From Trichosphaerium sp. ATCC 40318 (lineage: Eukaryota > Protista > Tubulinea), in assembly GCA_038496445.1 (NCBI GenBank), contig JALMLS010000478.1:1-64000 (forward strand): 64,000 nucleotides of DNA, read 5' to 3'. Below, piece by piece: positions 59,113 through 64,000 of the stretch; the stretch's first letter is position 1, and each line of letters opens with the position of its first letter. The translations under genes were made by a program, and so were the position numbers. The notes beneath the pieces were generated by a model. The model ran no database searches, had not been told where the DNA came from, and worked only from the letters and a program-made list of their open reading frames with translations.

Positions 59113-62100
59113 TTATATTGGGTTTTGGTCGTGTCTGTTATTATAACCATCATTTACAGCTTTTCTAGCTTCTTTATAGTCTTTGTATGTGCCACTCTTC
59201 TTGTAGCGCAAGTATATACTATAGACTTTTCCTGCAGCCTCGTCCATTGCATAGTCTTTACGGGTAAAAAAAAACGTGTCAGCTAAAACAATTTCACGTG
59301 TTGGAGCGTACCAAACATATAAGGACTTTGCTGATTGTATCGAAGCCATATACCGATATCTTTATTTCTGTTTGATAACTTTAAACAAACATTAGATTGT
59401 TTGCGAAGAGCTCAAGAGAAGAAAAAAAACCTCAAAATGTGATTCTCCAAAAAAAATCAAAAATCAAAGACGCTATGTGCTAAGGCCACAGCTGAACCGT
59501 ATTAATGTAGACATACCGATAGCTTCTTCTGTTTTTTGTTAGAAGTGTCAAAGTATACTGAAAATATCTCGTTTGCTCTCTCCAATCGTTGTTCAGGTTG
59601 TTTTAATGTCTTGAAGTTTTTGACTGCAAGACAAAAATCAAGCAAGTTCACTTTGTTTAAAAACTTCGCTTTTTTGAAGTACTTTCGAAAGTAATGTATA
59701 CACAGGGTGTCTTCAAGAGTTGCCTTGATGAATCTATCTACCTAAAATAAAAAAAAAATCACGTGAGCAAGAAACACAATTATTTCAAAAAAATAAAAAA
59801 AAGAGATGTTTGGTTTTCTTCCAAAAAACAAGTCGTACAGGGTGTGCTGATAATGCGTTCATACCCGCGCCTGGCACGGGTTTCATGTGTGATTCGATAA
59901 ACTGAAAAAAATGTTGCCGGAGTGTTGATTGGCAGTGCTAGGGCAATGAAGTGAATAAAGTGACGTTCACAAACTGACTCTATTTTCATACATGATTCAA
60001 TGTTTCAAAAATTTCTTTTCCCGTCGGTTTACTGGTATCTTCAAGGCTGTGTGCTTAAATACGTTAAAAAGAACAAGCGACGAATTAGTAACCTACCTAT
60101 TTCTGTAAGTTGCCAAGGCAACCCCGATATTTGGAATCTCGCTGCTTCGGCGAGAAATCTAGAAAGATTTTTAGACGTCAGAACTCATAACACAACAGAA
60201 TTGCTTTTTTTTCATTTTTTGCATAAAAAACGTACTCATTGTATATTTTCTTTGCCGCTGTAAACTGCTCTTGTGTCGTCATTGTGTCGTAGTTATCATG
60301 GTATTCCATGGCTCGAGATACAAAGTATAAATCTTCTATACAATACTTATCTCGACAGTGCTTCTCGAAAGCCTTTTTGAAATAAGTCAAAATAAAAAAA
60401 TAATCCAAAAACCTCCACAAAAAACCAAAAATTGTTCAATAGGTACATAGTAAAGCCTTCTGTCCTCGAAAATATTCTGTAGTTTGACACTAGGCTTATC
60501 CATACTACCAATAGGCTCAGCGGATCTATGTTTCCTCTTTTGTATTTTTTGTCGGTTGATCTTGACCTCATCGCTTGACTTTCTGTAGTGACCGAACTTT
60601 TTCTTTTTACTAGATGAAGTTGCTGTTGATTGTGACGTTGTTGATGATTCTCCATTCTCGTCTATGCTTCCCAATGTGCCAGAAAGCCCTGGATGGAGTA
60701 AATCGTGTCTGTGTGAAGAAATAAATAATGCACTAATACTTCTCTCTAAAGTTGAACGAGTTGTTCTTTCAGGGCTCTCTGACCTATCCGATTGCTAAAA
60801 AAATAAAAATAAGCAATCTCATATTTAAAAAAATAACGTGGACACGTGCATCGTCTGACGAATACGCTCTCTTTGGGCTATCGGCTCCAGCTGACCTAGA
60901 TTTTTTCCTTTGTTTAAATTTTCTAGATTTCTTTCTTGCAATCTTCCTTGATACTTTAGCAGAGTGCGGCAGAGTGCTAGCAGGAGGTGTAGAACCAGCA
61001 ATAGGTGATTGTGCCAATATAATTTCAGGCTTTTTTTTAGAGTCTGTTTCTTCCTTCCTGGGAGGCATGATTGTGTTCAATACCACCAAAAACTCCTGAC
61101 GAGAGCACCTCTGTTGTATGAATGGACTCTATGACATAATTAATTTGATAAAAAAAAACGTGATAGCTAAACAAACCACGAACAAAAAAAAAACGCTGAA
61201 ACGACAAATAAAAATACTAAAATAGTAAAAACCACGTGCCACGAGTAATTCAGCTGCCTCTGGACGGGATGCTGCGTCTCGTAGTAGACATTGGCTTAAA
61301 AATTTCTTAAAGGCAAAAGACCACTTTCCATGAGGTTCTAACGGTGGAACGCCCTGAGAAACAATTTTATACAATGCGACGACCTAAAATAAGAAAAAAT
61401 AAGCAAAAGATCAGATTTTCTTATATTTTTGTGTACGTCTTGACACTCTTCATATGGCACTTTCCCTTCTCCTATTTCCTTTGCAGTAATACCTGTGCTC
61501 CAAATGTCTACTTTTTTTGTGTATCCGTGCCCTTCAAAGACCTACCGCGGGTTTGTAAAATTTCACATAAAAAATGATCCAGAAACATAGGTTTATGAAC
61601 TTTGAGCACCTACCTCCGGTGCCATCCAATAAGGAGTTCCAATTAGAGAATATAGTGTATTTGAAGAATTCGCCAGTTCAGCAGATCCACCAAAATCAGC
61701 TATAAATTCAACGATTGAGCACATAAACAAAACGGAATATATTTCGCACTTATTTTAGCTTCTCCTTTTGAATTCAACTTTTCATTTTGAGTTAGTCACG
61801 TGGGTTTTAAATATAATCACGTGTTCGTACCAAAACATTATCAGGTTTGATATCCCTGTGTATGAATCCTTGACTATGTAAATACGACAAAACGTTCAGA
61901 ATCTACAAAAAACACGTGTGAATAAAGTCGTTTTCTCGTGGAAAATGTAAAGTTTTTTTTTACCGTATGGCTGAGGTAACCAATGACCCTTTCTGTAGCT
62001 AGCAAGTCTCTTATACCTTTCTTCTTTGCCATTTTATGTACACTATTAAGAGACAGCTATATACACGTGAATTACAGACATGTAATTGCAGTATTCATAG

Positions 62101-62950
62101 AATATGAATCCTTTTTTGTGAAGCATCGCACAAAAGAAATAACAGAAATAGGCAAATTGTGCGTACCCTGTCCATCCATTCCATTACAATACACAAGTAA
62201 TCATCCCTTATATGGCTATCAACATAATTAATAATATTTGGATGCTCGGAGCACTGCTTCATAAGCGCTATTTCTGTGGCCATGTGCCTGTAGAAAGCAG
62301 TCAGAACAAGAAAATCAACAAAAAAAAAAATAAAAGAGGGAATAACTTCCAAAATCCACTTTGAAGCCCAAGCAACTTTAAAAAATCCGCGATTTTGATA
62401 GGTTTGGCTTTTTGAGTTTTGTCTTTTTTTGTTGTAATGTAATCTCCTTTAAAACGCACCGTTCATCTTGAATTAAACCACCCTCGCTCATTCGGATTGG
62501 TATGACTTTGATAGCAACCTTGTCACCCGTGTTTAGATCATTTGCGAGCTCGATTACATGTCCAGCGCTGCCAACAGCTATAATCCGATCTTTGACGTAT
62601 CGCCTTGGATCAGTACGACCAATTACATCCTAATAACATTGTTTCGTTATTTTTTTTTGTAGTTGTGGGTGTTTTTTTTGGTTTTGTCATTCAAGGTTTC
62701 GTATCGTTTTAAAGCACGTGGCAGGAACGTTGAATGTCGATTATAATATATATAGTTAAAATATGAGTTAATTACCTGTAATTTATGCTCAACTATTTTA
62801 GTAGCAGAGTTTCGCGGCCTGTGTGAACGGGGTTAGGATAAATTGTTGGAGTCTTGATAAAAATCACGTTTTTATTTTTCAAAAACGCATTAACCGCTTT
62901 GCGCACATTCTTCCAGTTCCATTAGATCCGTTTGCGGGGTGTTCTGCCAT
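59113..62950 (-). CDS. STE20/PAK-like kinase with two C-terminal RGS-like domains
   Basis: VAIKVI, EIALMK...HPNIINY, HRDIKPDN, ADFG, GTPYWMAPE, KVDIWSTGIT, WSFAFKKFLSQCL; RGS-like FEKHCRDKYCIEDLYFVSRAMEY...AKKIYNEFL and YFRKYF...NLLDFCLAVKNFK...ANEIFSVYF. Confidence 0.8.
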
Positions 62951-63506
62951 AAGACTACTACAATAACTCTACAATAGATTTAGGTGTATGGTGGCAGATC
63001 ATTTGCCTAAAGCCTCAAACTTGACTACTCACTGTGAAGGCAAGTCCAACACTTTCTTGTGAGGTTTATTCCAATGGTCAAAACTTGAACAAGAATCATC
63101 AAAAAAAAATGCTCGTTTCCTTCTCATTGTTTTGGTCTGTTTATCAATGGATCATGATATATTATCGCTTCATGTTGTCGTATGTGGTTCCGTTGATGAT
63201 TTGGTTTATACCGGGCTAGGTGTCACATTTCCTTTCAGCCGACAAGTGCGTTTAGCCACACAAATCTAGGCGTGTTGCATTACTTTACTTGCTTTTGTCT
63301 CCTTGCTTGTGTCCAGTAGGCAGTGTACTCACACAGTGAGATATTGTTGGCGCCTACATTGGAAGCGTCGGTCACCCAAAGGGAATTGTGGCTCCTAGAA
63401 AGTTCTCAAAAGTTTGAACGAAATCAACGACAATGAAAACCGAAAAAAGTCGTTTACAGTCACGTGCCTACGAAAATTGTTGTTTCAGAAAGATACAGAG
63501 AGCGGC

Positions 63507-64000
63507 ATGCTGCGGTTTACTTTCCTCCTGCTTGGTATTTGCTTTTATTCCACCTGTTATGCGCAACATTTACGAATAGTAAATGCCATACCTTCATCGT
63601 CGGCAATTGACGTTTACGGTCGTGGAGAGTTGGTACGTAAAATAAAAACCGCGTGGCAAAGTGTAGATCATTTTTAACTAATACTCAACTGAATAGCAAT
63701 TTAAAAGCGTGCCATATGGAGATGTGACCTTCTATGGCCGTGTACTAGAAGGAGAGTATGATTTTGAAATCAGGGATTCAGCAACAAACCAAAACCTCAC
63801 AACTGGAAAGTACGTATACAAAGGGAAACATTGTTACACGTGCTAATGGATTTGAAGGTTTATTATGGAAGATAACACCTATTATTCGCTTTATGCATAC
63901 AATACATACCCTTCTGCAGCTTTATCACTGATAAACGATCCTTACTTCGTACCCAATAGGGTTAGCCTTTTTATTTAGAAAAGTCGTTGTAACTTATTTT
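63507..64000 (+). CDS. Secreted DUF4397-like protein (runs off the window edge)
   Basis: Signal peptide, then HLRIVNAIPSSSAIDVY...FKSVPYGDVTFY...EGEYDFEI...YYSLYAY, matching the RxxHAxPxxxxVDVY...VxYxxxSxY...GxY pattern. Confidence 0.65.

Noticed and set aside
63000-63400. Possible snoRNA or other ncRNA in the divergent intergenic region
   Set aside because: A TGATGA box-C-like word is present, but no convincing box D, terminal stem or guide sequence could be identified.

Overview
Compact, gene-dense eukaryotic DNA with many short spliceosomal introns (mostly 45-90 nt, dominant donor GTACGT, CTAAC/CTGAC-type branch points, standard genetic code). A clear RacE-type Rho GTPase and a single-module granulin point to an amoebozoan protist (inference). 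About 23 genes were reconstructed by eye across introns, so exon boundaries are approximate. Conserved genes: GLRX3-like, DYRK, PES1, RacE, cyclin Y-like, NIF3, DDX41, INTS3, METTL21-like, PIG-Y. A CpG-depleted transposon island (about 9.1-13.85 kb) holds hAT-type MITE copies and non-LTR insertions with target-site duplications, and a hAT transposase relic lies at about 53 kb. The best novelty candidates are a head-to-head gene pair: (1) a cytosolic TPR-array + IRE1/RNase L-type kinase + KEN ribonuclease, i.e. an RNase L-like protein with TPRs instead of ankyrins, and (2) a Macro-domain + TKL kinase + tandem XylR_N/V4R sensor protein. Other findings: direct evidence of CpG-specific decay of a TE copy (8 of 8 CpGs converted), an FZL-type dynamin with a mitochondrial-looking presequence, two unusual RGS architectures, recurrent GC-AG introns, and several bacterial-type genes. 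No database searches were run; family calls rest on recognised motifs.
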